From an uncultured Muribaculaceae bacterium (GTDB lineage Bacteria > Cyanobacteriota > Vampirovibrionia > Gastranaerophilales > Gastranaerophilaceae): DNA of 64,000 bases. Position numbers and translations under genes: made by a program. The stretch covers positions 8,689 through 72,688 of the forward strand of contig CAYVSD010000003.1 of the NCBI GenBank assembly GCA_964453315.1, written 5' to 3'. Below the pieces are notes generated by a model. That model saw only the letters and a list, made by a program, of their open reading frames with translations. It had not been told where the DNA came from and ran no database searches. This document shows positions 8,742 to 19,040 of the stretch, in pieces (positions within the stretch are counted from its first letter, which is position 1; each line of letters begins with the position of its first letter).

Positions 8742-11700
8742 CTATATAGTATAATTATTATATTCCTGTTCGGACATTGAGAAGTTTGGATCTATGACCA
8801 TAATCTCATTATAAGTAAGCTCATAGAGTTTATAAATTATTGTGTCTATATTATCTTCTAAATTTTTTATATTTTGCTGTTTTATATTATCTATGTTTGA
8901 ATTTATATCTTTTAATATCTCTAAAATCTTATCAACCATTTTAATAATATTTTCTTGATTTGTTACTTCTTTTGGTAAAGGGAATGACTCTAATTTGGCA
9001 ACACCTATATCAACTCCAGTTCCTCTTTTTTTGCCATTTTTATAAAACCAATTTAATGCAAATTTAGAATTTAAAATTGCTAATATTGTTTTAATCGAAT
9101 AATCTGAATTTACTCGCATAGTAATTATATTTGAAGACATCCCAAAATAACAATTTTGTGTATCATAGCCTACTTTGTTTACATCAAACATAGAGGGTAT
9201 AACTAATTTTTCTTGTTCAAAGAATTCTTGTTTCCGTGGCCAATGCAAGTGAAACCATTTATTTGAGCCTTTTATAGTTTCTCTACGATTATCCATTATA
9301 ACTTTATACTTATACAAATGATTTTTTATATTTGGATAATTATCAATATTCACACAATTTTCTTTTGTTAAATATAAAAGGTATTTCCCATCAGATTTAT
9401 TATTTACAGAATATTTACTAATAGCATTCTCTTCCAAAAATAATTTAACAAATTTTTTTTCATCACTATTTAAATTTATTTTATTTAGCTCATCTTTAGT
9501 TAATACAAATACCCCAGCATTTAAATTAAATCCATATTTCTCAGAATTTTTTTTATTTATTTTGTCTGGATTTTGAACAACACCTTGTACAACATTACAT
9601 TGGCTTGATAATTGTATAAAATGTTCATTAAAGTTTTGATTTTGCTCTAATATAATTTCATTATTAATATAGATACTTTTATTGCTCAGAGGAACTGTTA
9701 GTTTATTTTCATTATCATCCTCTTTATTTATATACATAACATCGTTCTCTAATTTATGATATTGAAATATCTCTAAATCTTTTGAAATATTTTTACGGTA
9801 TGTCGCAATCATGTGATAACCAGCGACATTATCAAAAACTTTTAATTTTCCAATGTCTACAAAATCTACAAATGATAAATTTTCTTTTACATCCATTATA
9901 AGTTTTTTTGCACCTGTGCTATTCAACCAATATCTTGATGTTATAAAGGATATTGTGCCATTATATTTGGACAATTCGATTGCTTTATGTAAGAAATAAT
10001 ACCAAAAATCCATCTTTCCTTGATGATATTTTTTCCCAAATACAGATATATTTACGGGTTCAAATACTTCTTTATGGTCTCTTTCTTTTAAATATGGTGG
10101 ATTGGCAATAATAATGTCAAAGCTATCAACATTAAACATCCATTTTGGATTAAACCATTCAGAAGAATAATCTTTATCATAAGGGCTCCATTGGGCAAGT
10201 TTTGCAGCTTGACCTAAATCAAGATTTAATATAACTGCTTCCTGTTTGATTTGTTCTCTTATTTTTTCATCTTGTGTTTTTAGATTTTCTTTTCTTTGGC
10301 TTGTATTTGCCCTAAAATACCCCTCTCTTATTTTTTCTAATTTCTTTTTGAGTTCTATAATTTTAGGTGCTTGTGCAAACAAATTATTTTCATTCAAATC
10401 TATCAAAGTATTAGCCGCAACGAATTTAGTTTCAAGGTTCGGAAGTGCCAAGATACCCATATTGTCTTTGTCCTTATCCACTTTTTCATCAACAATAAGA
10501 GAAATAAAAAATCTTAATCTTGAAATTTGTGTTGCCATTGGCTGAATATCAACCCCATATATGCATCGTTGAATTAAGTATAATTTTCTTGAATAGTCCA
10601 TCTCATTGTCATTGAACTGCTTTTCAATGATTTTAATTGCTTCTTCTCTTGCTTCTATATCATCAATTTGGCTTGCTTTGTCTAGTTGGGATTCTTTCCA
10701 CTTCTCATTGTGAGGATCTAATTTTGATAAGACATGAACTAATTTATGCAATAATCCCATAGGGAAAGCACCAGAGCCACATGCAGGATCTAAAATTTTA
10801 ACTTCATTTACTGCTTTTATCAGTTCATCAACTTCTGTTTCATTGAATGAGTGTTGCTCAGAATAAGACAAAAGTTCCTCTAATTTATCGTCAATATTTT
10901 CAATATTTAAACTTTCCACCTTAGTTTTTAAGTAGTTGATTAAAGATTGTTCACACATATAATCAACTATTTCACGAGGGGTATAATATGAACCTGTAGA
11001 TTTTCTCGCGGTTGTTTTTGTTTCAGGGTTGTGTGCAGCAAGTAAATTTTCAAAAACACGTCCCAAAAGTTCAGGATCTAATGCAATTTCTTCTTCCACA
11101 GGTGTTGTTTCATCAATAGTGAATTTATATGAGTTTAATATTGTAAATAAACCCTTAACCTTAGCATTTTTATAACTTCTATTTCCGTCAAAATGTTCAG
11201 ATAAATCAACAACTTTTTCATCTTTCATAAAGAAAATGTCATCAGGAATTTTTAGGAAGTTTTTGGAATCATTGTCGGTAAAGCAATCTATATATCTGCC
11301 ATTCCTTTTTTCATCCGTACATTCAAACAACCCACCATTCAAGAATGGTATATCCTTAAACAAATCAATTATATCTTGTGGATTATTCAGATATTTTCTA
11401 TAACGGAATAAATTATTTACATCATAGCCTGCATTTAAGTTATTATATCTATACTCTGGTCTAAATTCTCTTCTATCCATTGGTTTTGACAAACAACCAA
11501 AGAATAAATTTTGAAGTACAACTTTATAATACAAATCTCCTTGTTCTCGGTATTCAGGTTTTAACAGGTCTAAATAGGTCTGTTTATCAAAAACTTTTTC
11601 ACTAACTAAACCTTTTTCTTTGATAAACCAATCAAAGATAATTCTTGTAACCATTCTAATTCCGAACATTATATTATCTTTGTGGGTGTTGTCTTTCGAT

Positions 11701-12404
11701 AATTGGCAAGTATCTATCATCCAGAAAAACCAATTAGAAAGTTCTGTATAGAATTTTTTGTTTAATTCAGATACACTTAGTGCTTTCAACCAATTTAAAT
11801 GCAAATCAACAAAATTTTCTACTTTTAGATTTTTAAATGCAATATCTTCTAAAATATCAATATGTGCTCTGTGAGGATTACTAAAATTTATGTCCTTAAT
11901 CAAAACAACTTTTTCCAATACATCTTTATTTTCATCTTTTTTGTTTAAACGTCTGTCAATAATAGAAAAAGTTAGCTTATCAGCATATTTAAACAATATA
12001 AAAGCAGGAATTGTACGAACTTTATTAACTTCTCTTGTAATATCTGAAAGTTGTTTTTTAGAATATGTATCACCTTTTAATTCAATAGCATAAAACCAAT
12101 ATGTCTCAATATCTTTATCATCGATTCTGCCACCTGTAATTTCTGTTTCCTCAGAATTTAAATCATTGGGCTGTAATTCAAACAAAAATTGTGCATCTTT
12201 CCAATGGGAGTATAATGCTTTATCTTCATTTAAGTTATTTAACAAGAAGCGACCTTTAAAATCTTCAATAGAACTAACTGCAATTTGTCTTTTGGTTGTA
12301 TATCCAAGTGTAGAAAATAGCTTTAAAGCTGATTCTAAAATGGTATTATGTCTAAATTTTAATATGTCTGATTTAATCTGTTGTTTTAGTTCTTTATTCT
12401 CCAT
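8742..12404 (-). CDS. Type IIG/IIL-like (MmeI/Eco57I-family architecture) fusion: PD-(D/E)XK-like N-domain + N6-adenine DNA methyltransferase + C-terminal specificity-like region
   Basis: 1220 aa. D98-x9-E108-x-K110 ([13 protein letters not shown]); motif [12 protein letters not shown]; Eco57I-family helix [19 protein letters not shown]; motif IV IIANPPY. About 430 aa follow NPPY. Confidence 0.8.
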   Translation of the reverse strand: MENKELKQQIKSDILKFRHNTILESALKLFSTLGYTTKRQIAVSSIEDFKGRFLLNNLNEDKALYSHWKDAQFLFELQPNDLNSEETEITGGRIDDKDIETYWFYAIELKGDTYSKKQLSDITREVNKVRTIPAFILFKYADKLTFSIIDRRLNKKDENKDVLEKVVLIKDINFSNPHRAHIDILEDIAFKNLKVENFVDLHLNWLKALSVSELNKKFYTELSNWFFWMIDTCQLSKDNTHKDNIMFGIRMVTRIIFDWFIKEKGLVSEKVFDKQTYLDLLKPEYREQGDLYYKVVLQNLFFGCLSKPMDRREFRPEYRYNNLNAGYDVNNLFRYRKYLNNPQDIIDLFKDIPFLNGGLFECTDEKRNGRYIDCFTDNDSKNFLKIPDDIFFMKDEKVVDLSEHFDGNRSYKNAKVKGLFTILNSYKFTIDETTPVEEEIALDPELLGRVFENLLAAHNPETKTTARKSTGSYYTPREIVDYMCEQSLINYLKTKVESLNIENIDDKLEELLSYSEQHSFNETEVDELIKAVNEVKILDPACGSGAFPMGLLHKLVHVLSKLDPHNEKWKESQLDKASQIDDIEAREEAIKIIEKQFNDNEMDYSRKLYLIQRCIYGVDIQPMATQISRLRFFISLIVDEKVDKDKDNMGILALPNLETKFVAANTLIDLNENNLFAQAPKIIELKKKLEKIREGYFRANTSQRKENLKTQDEKIREQIKQEAVILNLDLGQAAKLAQWSPYDKDYSSEWFNPKWMFNVDSFDIIIANPPYLKERDHKEVFEPVNISVFGKKYHQGKMDFWYYFLHKAIELSKYNGTISFITSRYWLNSTGAKKLIMDVKENLSFVDFVDIGKLKVFDNVAGYHMIATYRKNISKDLEIFQYHKLENDVMYINKEDDNENKLTVPLSNKSIYINNEIILEQNQNFNEHFIQLSSQCNVVQGVVQNPDKINKKNSEKYGFNLNAGVFVLTKDELNKINLNSDEKKFVKLFLEENAISKYSVNNKSDGKYLLYLTKENCVNIDNYPNIKNHLYKYKVIMDNRRETIKGSNKWFHLHWPRKQEFFEQEKLVIPSMFDVNKVGYDTQNCYFGMSSNIITMRVNSDYSIKTILAILNSKFALNWFYKNGKKRGTGVDIGVAKLESFPLPKEVTNQENIIKMVDKILEILKDINSNIDNIKQQNIKNLEDNIDTIIYKLYELTYNEIMVIDPNFSMSEQEYNNYTI

Positions 12405-15400
12405 TAATTTTCTCCATCAATTATCAACCAAGTAATAAGCTCAAAATCATCATCCGATTTAACTTGCTCATCAATAGTTGGAATTACTCCTCCCCTACCT
12501 TGAAATGCAGATACCATATTGTTTTGATAAAATTTTGTAATTCCGCTTACGGCAGATTTTAATAATTTACTATATAAATTCATACCCTCCTGTGTTTGAA
12601 TTTGCTCATTGAATTTATTACATAGGTCTACAAACGGTTCTTTTTTACCTAAACATAGAGCTTTATAAATATCTAAAATTTCTCTTGATCTTTCATATGT
12701 ATATAAGACTTCACCATCTTCTTTTACATACACTAAATAGTAAGGTTGCAATTTATTTAATTTTGAGTTTTCTGTCGATGAATTTTTCTGTTTTAGACAG
12801 AAAATAACTCCGCTTTGTGCTATTACTTGCCCATTATCGTCTTTATTAGGGGTCAAAGCACAAATTCCAATTGGCATATTTTTCAAATCATCTTTTCTTG
12901 TTTCCATGAAATTAAACAAATCGCTTTGGAAGTCTTCAAGAGAAAAATCTGACATATTTATATCTTGAATAGAGTTATCAGTATCTTCTAAAGGCTTTTC
13001 TTCAATAATTTTCTTCAATTGTTTTTCACGATATGTTAAATCTCGTTTGATAATTTCCTCAGGGTCTTGATCTTCCAACAAAGGATTGTCATCGGCAGTA
13101 GCCGATGCATCTGCCAAAATCATCCTGGCCTCAACTCTATTTCTTAATTGAATGTAGGATTCTAAATCCTCGGTAGGCCAAAAGCAAATCATTTGTATAT
13201 AATCATTTAAACTGCCAATCCTATCAATACGACCAAATCTTTGAATTAGTCGTACAGGATTCCAATGTATATCATAATTAACAACTGTATCACAATCTTG
13301 CAAGTTTTGACCTTCTGAAATACAGTCTGTACCTATTAAAATATCAATTTGATCATTCCCTGTTCTTTTTTCTCCAAGTTTTGAATATGGAGAAAAGTTT
13401 TCCAAAATATCATCAAAATTATTTAAATTTTTGTATGTAGATTCTGTATCTTTACCTGATACAAGTGCAATATTTATATCTAATGTGTTTTTTACATAAT
13501 CTTTTAAGCAATCGTACAAATATTTTGCAGTATCACTGTATGTAGTAAATATTAATAATTTTTTGTTGTTTTGTTTTGATTTATCAGTAATAATATCTTT
13601 CAATTCAGACAATTTTTTATCACGTTCTTTGGTAACAGTTCTTGCCATGTTGTAAATTTTTTCAACCTGAATCCTATCAATTAACAATTCCTTTTTCCAT
13701 TTCTCTACATCTAAATCTGCTAAACTATATTCCATTTTTTTACCAACAACAAACTCATTATCTGCTATTTCTTGATCGTCTATAAAATCATCAGAATAGG
13801 CATCATCAGTTGAAATTGTAGAGTTAGTTTTGTTTTGAATATATTTATCAATTAGGACAATTCTACTATCAATCTTATCTAAGGTATTTTTCATTGAGAT
13901 TGTGAAAGATGCAATAGAACTTTCAAGACGTTTTAGAAAACCCATTTTCATCATACCAATCAAATAATTTTCACGTTTTTCCTGCGTCATAGTTGTATCT
14001 TTTTTTGATTGATATTTCTCATGATTTTTTACAACATATAACGAAGGTCTAAATAAGTATAATTGGTATTTAAGAATTTCGTCATTTATCTCTTTATAAC
14101 TTGGGAATTTATTTTCAACATCTATTGATGGAGTCTTTGTTACAGGATTCTTTCGTTTAGGGAAATTTAAAGAACTCTCGTCTTTTAAGTTAATATAACC
14201 TGATTTAATCTGTTTTCTTGATCTTGCAATTGTTAATTCTTCCAATAGCTTGAAAAAATTAACATTTAAATTATTTAATAAGTCGTTTTTATTTCTGTTA
14301 TCATCTTTCGCCCAATCAAGATACTTCTTATTTGCAACTTTTATAGCTCCTTCAATACTAGGAATCTGTATTGATTCGGCAAAAGCCTTATCATCTCCCA
14401 ATGAAATAAAATTTATTTGGTTCTTTAAATCATTTAAGGAAGTATTAACAGGTGTTGCTGAAAGCATCAAAACCATTGGATGTCTTTCGCCGTTCTTAAT
14501 TATATCAAGTAATTTATCATAACGACTAATTCTTAAGATATTACCTTCTTTGTCAGTTTTACTACCAGTTGCATTTCTAAAATTATGAGATTCATCAATA
14601 ACAATTAAATCAAAATCATTAAATTTTATTTCTTTATCAATATCCTTAGCAGTCAACATTGATTGAGATAAAAACTTAATTCTTAAATTATCGTCCTGAA
14701 AAATATTTTTAGGATGAAATTCCTCATAACGTTTCCAGTTATTTTCAAGTCTTTTTGGTGCTAAAACTAAGCATCGAGTCTTACCTTTACATATTGCATA
14801 TTGAATAACACCTAAAGCTGTAAAAGTTTTACCTAAACCAACACTATCTGCTAAAATGCAGCCATTATATTTTTGTAATCTCCGCCATATAGAGTTGACG
14901 GCGTCTTGTTGGAATGGGTATAACATATTCCAAATTTTTGTTTGTGTAAATTTTTTATTTAGTTTTACGTCTTCAACGTCATTTGTATCTAATTTTTCTT
15001 CAAATAAATGGTATAACGTCTTATAATACACTTGTTCTGGCGAATTTTCTTTATATATTGCTTCTATATATGATAAAATTTCTTTCTTAGCATCTTCAGT
15101 ATTTTCTGTCCATAAGTCATTAAACCAATCTTTTAAATCTTTTTTGCCATTATCGCTATCAATAATGGTATTTAATTCGTAATTAGAACAATCATTGATC
15201 CCTAATCCACAAGTAGTAAAATTTGAACTTCCAACGATTGCGTCAACAACACGATCATTATGTTCCTGTTCAATATGATACATTTTACCATGTATTAAAG
15301 TTTTTTTATTATCTTTTTTGGGAGCTGTTCTAATTTCTATATTACTATTTTTTAGCCATTCATAACAGTCTTTAGCAATTTTATTTTGCTTTAATACATT

Positions 15401-15697
15401 ATTTAACGTAATATCTTCATCTTGTATTTTAAAAACTCTAAATCGTTTATTTTTAATGCCTAAATTTTCAACTGACGAAGGTTCGCCTAAAATAAATTTT
15501 ACTTCTGAAACTTTATTTTTTAATTCATTACGTAATGCATAAAAGGCATATATAGTAAAATAAGCAGAAACGATTTTTAATTTGGATTTATCATTATACT
15601 TATCAAAATTATTATTTAAAACTTCTTGCAAAAAACTATAAACGGTACCGTATTTTGCGTTGTCTTTAATACTTGATCTATTTTTTACTTCCTGCAT
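12404..15697 (-). CDS. PLD (single HKD) nuclease domain fused to an SNF2-family helicase
   Basis: 1097 aa. HKD: LIHGKMYHIE...AIVGSSNFT. SNF2: ADSVGLGKTF, VIDESHNFRN, LSATPVNT, DIHWNPVRLIQRFGRIDRIGS. Its stop overlaps the methyltransferase start (TAATG at 12402-12406). Confidence 0.85.
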   Translation of the reverse strand: MQEVKNRSSIKDNAKYGTVYSFLQEVLNNNFDKYNDKSKLKIVSAYFTIYAFYALRNELKNKVSEVKFILGEPSSVENLGIKNKRFRVFKIQDEDITLNNVLKQNKIAKDCYEWLKNSNIEIRTAPKKDNKKTLIHGKMYHIEQEHNDRVVDAIVGSSNFTTCGLGINDCSNYELNTIIDSDNGKKDLKDWFNDLWTENTEDAKKEILSYIEAIYKENSPEQVYYKTLYHLFEEKLDTNDVEDVKLNKKFTQTKIWNMLYPFQQDAVNSIWRRLQKYNGCILADSVGLGKTFTALGVIQYAICKGKTRCLVLAPKRLENNWKRYEEFHPKNIFQDDNLRIKFLSQSMLTAKDIDKEIKFNDFDLIVIDESHNFRNATGSKTDKEGNILRISRYDKLLDIIKNGERHPMVLMLSATPVNTSLNDLKNQINFISLGDDKAFAESIQIPSIEGAIKVANKKYLDWAKDDNRNKNDLLNNLNVNFFKLLEELTIARSRKQIKSGYINLKDESSLNFPKRKNPVTKTPSIDVENKFPSYKEINDEILKYQLYLFRPSLYVVKNHEKYQSKKDTTMTQEKRENYLIGMMKMGFLKRLESSIASFTISMKNTLDKIDSRIVLIDKYIQNKTNSTISTDDAYSDDFIDDQEIADNEFVVGKKMEYSLADLDVEKWKKELLIDRIQVEKIYNMARTVTKERDKKLSELKDIITDKSKQNNKKLLIFTTYSDTAKYLYDCLKDYVKNTLDINIALVSGKDTESTYKNLNNFDDILENFSPYSKLGEKRTGNDQIDILIGTDCISEGQNLQDCDTVVNYDIHWNPVRLIQRFGRIDRIGSLNDYIQMICFWPTEDLESYIQLRNRVEARMILADASATADDNPLLEDQDPEEIIKRDLTYREKQLKKIIEEKPLEDTDNSIQDINMSDFSLEDFQSDLFNFMETRKDDLKNMPIGICALTPNKDDNGQVIAQSGVIFCLKQKNSSTENSKLNKLQPYYLVYVKEDGEVLYTYERSREILDIYKALCLGKKEPFVDLCNKFNEQIQTQEGMNLYSKLLKSAVSGITKFYQNNMVSAFQGRGGVIPTIDEQVKSDDDFELITWLIIDGEN

Positions 15698-15793
15698 ATT
15701 ATTATCCTATTTATGCTATAAATCTTTATTTTAATTCTGAAAATATAATAACAAATTTTACTTTATATAACAATACAATAAAAGATTGAAAAA

Positions 15794-16633
15794 CTATGTA
15801 AAAACAATATTCTGAGCTTGATTAAAAACCTGTTTAAACATTTCATTTTTATCTTCATTTTCAGATATAGCAAAAATTATATTTTCGAAGAATTTTTCAT
15901 ATTCTTCAGTGTATAAGACATCAAAATAGTATTGTATTACATCTTGTGTAAAATTCTTAATATAGTCCAAAACTCTTAAAATCAACGTTTTGTATCCATA
16001 TAAAATGGCAATATTAAACAAATTTCTTATTTTATTTTTCACTAGTATTTCAATCTCAGTACTTTTTGTTTCGGACACAAAATTATTTTTATAAGGTCCA
16101 GGAATTGAAATTATGCTTACTAAATAAGGATTTTTAAGAAGTTCGCAAGAAGAATTGCGAAAAACACAAACATTTTTACTTAATAACATGTAATTAGAAC
16201 AACAAGCCAATTCTCTATTATTTCTGTTATATTCATACATGTCGTGAGCTTTTGCCGAACATAATGATTTATATAAAGTGCTGTTTCGGCAAAATGATTC
16301 TTCTTGATTTCTTATGCCAGACCAAAAATTCCCTCCAGGGTTTGTTGCACTAGCAAAATTTAAAACCAAAGGGTTATCATAATTTTTTGCAGATTCCAAA
16401 ACATCTGAATTCATTACAACATAAGCAGGTTTATTATTTAAATCTTTTTTATTTTTCAATTTTGCGGAAATAACATTTGAAACAAATTCTAATGTTTTTG
16501 GGGTAAAAAGAGTAACTTGGCTGTAATTCTCTTTTGGTAATTGAATAATCTCCCCGTTTAATTCGTAATACCCAGCATCAGTAATCTTAATTGTTTCAAT
16601 ACCGATACTAATAAGTTCCTTTCTGCGTAACAT
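15794..16633 (-). CDS. TIGR02452-type (microbial PARG-like) macrodomain protein
   Basis: 279 aa. LVLNFASATNPGGNFWSGIRNQEESFCRNSTLY matches the NFAsa.nPGGG...G..aQEE.lCR.S.LY signature, with a GGG->GGN variation. Confidence 0.65.
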   Translation of the reverse strand: MLRRKELISIGIETIKITDAGYYELNGEIIQLPKENYSQVTLFTPKTLEFVSNVISAKLKNKKDLNNKPAYVVMNSDVLESAKNYDNPLVLNFASATNPGGNFWSGIRNQEESFCRNSTLYKSLCSAKAHDMYEYNRNNRELACCSNYMLLSKNVCVFRNSSCELLKNPYLVSIISIPGPYKNNFVSETKSTEIEILVKNKIRNLFNIAILYGYKTLILRVLDYIKNFTQDVIQYYFDVLYTEEYEKFFENIIFAISENEDKNEMFKQVFNQAQNIVFT

Positions 16634-16659
16634 ATAAACTCCTTAAACTTGAAACAAAT

Positions 16660-16959
16660 CTAATAGTTATAATATCCCTGTCTGTTGCCATTAAAATCGT
16701 ATACATTTACTCCCGTTCCATTTGATTTAGGAACTGCGTATCCTCTTGGATTTCCACTATTGTCATAAATTAAATTTGCATTTGGATTGTTTGGGCTGTT
16801 GCTCCAATTGAATGGACTATTCTTCCAGTTATTGGAACTGTTTTCCCAATTTGCCTCACTATTGTTCCAATTGTTCGGGCTGTTTTCCCATGTTGTGAAA
16901 GCTTTTGTCATTTGCTGTACTCCTATTAAAATTATTAAAGCAATTAAAATCTTTTTCAT
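16660..16959 (-). CDS. Small secreted protein with Asn/Trp heptad-like repeats
   Basis: 99 aa. Signal peptide MKKILIALIILIGVQQMTKA, then WENSPNNWNNSEANWENSSNNWKNSPFNWSNSPNN (NWxNSxx repeated about 5 times). Confidence 0.55.
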   Translation of the reverse strand: MKKILIALIILIGVQQMTKAFTTWENSPNNWNNSEANWENSSNNWKNSPFNWSNSPNNPNANLIYDNSGNPRGYAVPKSNGTGVNVYDFNGNRQGYYNY

Positions 16960-16972
16960 ATAAATCTTTTCT

Positions 16973-17941
16973 TTATAAAGCCAATAGTTCTTTCATAATA
17001 CGTGCGTGTTTTTTTGCTTTTTGAGTGTTGCCGAGTTTTTTATAACAGATTTCAAGCTTTTCGTGCGCTTTGTAGTTATAATCCTGTATCTCTAAAATAT
17101 TTTCAAAACAGTCTATAGCCTTTTTATAGTTAAGTTCGTTCATATATGCCATTCCGAGTTTGAAATATAATTTTTGAACATAAGAATGGTATGAATTTGA
17201 AGAATAAAGTATTCCCTTTTGTTCATTATAGTACTCATCTATATATTTATATGCCAAGTCATATTCACCATTATCAATAGCTTCATTTGCCAACTTCGCT
17301 TTTTGCATGCGGAATTTTGGCATCTTTATAATATCATTACGAGAATCTTCAACTCTTTTTATCCACGCTTGAACATTATTATTCTTTTTTATTTCTTTCT
17401 TTGCCAATAAAGTAGTAACAGGACTTGCGATTTTACAACCTAAAATATATATTCTTTTGTTATTTGCAAAGTAAGGCTCTGTATAACAATTTTCCTTTAT
17501 CTGCGAATATAAAATGTTATAGTCGTAATCAGTGTTATCGAAAATTTTTAAATAATTTATAGCCTCATCATAGTGACCTATAGTTTCTAATACAAAAACC
17601 CACGACAATTCTAAAAACTTAAAAGGAGTATTATTGTTTACAATATTCCTGTTTGTTGCAATATGTCCTGTTATATTGTTTCTTGTATAAATTTTATTTT
17701 TGTCCGAATTGTTTTGAATGTTATATAAAGTATTGTAATCAGGAAAATTATATACAAATATTACTTTATCTGAGCAAGTGTTAAAATATTTATGAGCATA
17801 TTGAATATTTCCGACACTGCAATTTTTAACTTTAATCGGTACCGTCATATACCAACTCAATAACAGAACACCGAAAACAGTTCCGAGTATAACAACCCGC
17901 TTTTTAAATAAATCTTTAATTCTTTGCAAAAAATCTTTCAT
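16973..17941 (-). CDS. Membrane-anchored TPR-repeat protein
   Basis: The ORF track extends to 18004. The ATG at 17941 has an AAGGGA Shine-Dalgarno and leaves the repeated operator-like motif (17989-18003) upstream. One TM helix (VVILGTVFGVLLLSWY). C-terminal TPR-like repeats (AIDCFENILEIQDYNYKAHEKLEICYKKLGN). Confidence 0.55.
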   Translation of the reverse strand: MKDFLQRIKDLFKKRVVILGTVFGVLLLSWYMTVPIKVKNCSVGNIQYAHKYFNTCSDKVIFVYNFPDYNTLYNIQNNSDKNKIYTRNNITGHIATNRNIVNNNTPFKFLELSWVFVLETIGHYDEAINYLKIFDNTDYDYNILYSQIKENCYTEPYFANNKRIYILGCKIASPVTTLLAKKEIKKNNNVQAWIKRVEDSRNDIIKMPKFRMQKAKLANEAIDNGEYDLAYKYIDEYYNEQKGILYSSNSYHSYVQKLYFKLGMAYMNELNYKKAIDCFENILEIQDYNYKAHEKLEICYKKLGNTQKAKKHARIMKELLAL

Positions 17942-17988
17942 ACAATATCCCTTTCTGTTCATTACATGAAAATTATAAAATATAACTG

Positions 17989-18003
17989 TGCCAAAATTGG
18001 ACA
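17989..18003 (-). promoter_or_regulatory. Operator/promoter motif copy 3 (TGCCAAaatTGGACA)
   Basis: One of three 15-mers fitting TGYCAA-N3-TGGACA. On the minus strand TGTCCA-N3-TTGGCA is followed 11 nt later by TATAAT. Confidence 0.4.
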
Positions 18004-18006
18004 CCC

Positions 18007-18981
18007 TTAAATTTGTTTAATTGCTTTATCTAAAAGTTCTTTATAAGTATCTTTCAATTCTTGCGGCTCAAGGATTTTTACATTTTCTCCCCAGCGGAAA
18101 AGGTGCCAGCAGATTTCATATCTCCCGCCTGCTTCAAAAGTAACGGTTGTTGTGTCGTCAGGATTAACCTTTAATTTCTGAGTTGGGTGCAAATTATAGT
18201 CCTTAATTGCGTCTTTGACATCCTTTGAAAACAACAGCTTTATCTTCATTGGTTTTTCCTGATAAACTCCAAACGAATTTTTTAAATAGTCCTTCAAGTT
18301 GAATTTTTCATCTTTGTCAAAATATTCATCCAAAACTTTTGGTTCTTTGATTTTGTGTAAAAGATAGTATCTAAGTCCTTGCTTTTTATCGTTGTAACCA
18401 AGCAAATATGTCTTTTCACCATAAATAATCCCATATGGTTGAATCTTTAATTTTGCGACTTCTCCTTTATTGTTTTCGTAGGTAAATTCAAGATATTTAT
18501 AGGATTTCAAAGCATCTGAAATAACATTCAGTGTATTAAAATTCATCTTGTATCTTGGGTGTTGACGAACTGCATAACCTTCAACTTCCAAAAGTGCTTC
18601 GACATCTGTTTCAACTGATTTCGATTCGTTAATCATATTAATTTTAGCCATTATTTCCGATAATAAATCACAACGATTCGTGTAATTTAGGTTTTTCATC
18701 ATAGATTTGCAGTTTTCAAGTTCTGCAATTTCTTCCGCGGTAAAAGAAATCATTTTATTTAACGGAGTTTTATTGAGTCGCCATTTTTTTATTCTAGAAA
18801 GAGGGTTTTCAACTTCTTCCATACTCGGGAAAAGTCTTTCAACAGCATCCTTCATACGGATTGCAGTTCGTCGTGAAACCTCAAATTCATCCATAATATC
18901 CTGAATTGAGAATCCCTGATAGCTATTTTGCATATCTATTGCAAGTCTTAAAATATCTTCAACACGGTCATATCTTGGCAT
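18007..18981 (-). CDS. WYL-domain transcriptional regulator (HTH-WYL-WCX architecture)
   Basis: 324 aa. N-terminal wHTH (FSIQDIMDEFEVSRRTAIRMKDAVERLF). WYL-like core (TYLLGYNDKKQGLRYYLLHKI). The C-terminal domain ends WGENVKILEP. Confidence 0.75.
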   Translation of the reverse strand: MPRYDRVEDILRLAIDMQNSYQGFSIQDIMDEFEVSRRTAIRMKDAVERLFPSMEEVENPLSRIKKWRLNKTPLNKMISFTAEEIAELENCKSMMKNLNYTNRCDLLSEIMAKINMINESKSVETDVEALLEVEGYAVRQHPRYKMNFNTLNVISDALKSYKYLEFTYENNKGEVAKLKIQPYGIIYGEKTYLLGYNDKKQGLRYYLLHKIKEPKVLDEYFDKDEKFNLKDYLKNSFGVYQEKPMKIKLLFSKDVKDAIKDYNLHPTQKLKVNPDDTTTVTFEAGGRYEICWHLFRWGENVKILEPQELKDTYKELLDKAIKQI

Positions 18982-19023
18982 AGTTAAACTCCTTTTTTAT
19001 ATTATGATTATAAGCTGTAACTA

Positions 19024-19038
19024 TGTCAATTTTGGACA
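19024..19038 (-). promoter_or_regulatory. Operator/promoter motif copy 2 (TGTCAAtttTGGACA)
   Basis: Lies 43 nt upstream of the WYL gene start. On the minus strand TGTCCAaaaTTGACA is followed 11 nt later by TATAAT. Confidence 0.45.
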
Positions 19039-19040
19039 CA

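Noticed and set aside
741-14522. Assorted short antisense ORFs in the track (e.g. 741-926, 1342-1536, 2726-2941, 4495-4854, 5224-5433, 6170-6412, 7368-7553, 10246-10545, 11890-12093, 12166-12435, 14250-14522)
   Set aside because: Each lies fully inside, and antisense to or out of frame with, a long ORF that has clear domain motifs. Their translations are Phe/Leu/Ile/Ser-rich, as expected for random frames in AT-rich DNA.
7141-15697. Labelling the operon as DISARM or BREX
   Set aside because: The core genes are missing from the whole window: drmA/drmB (DUF1998) for DISARM, and pglZ/brxC/brxL for BREX. Only partial component resemblance exists.
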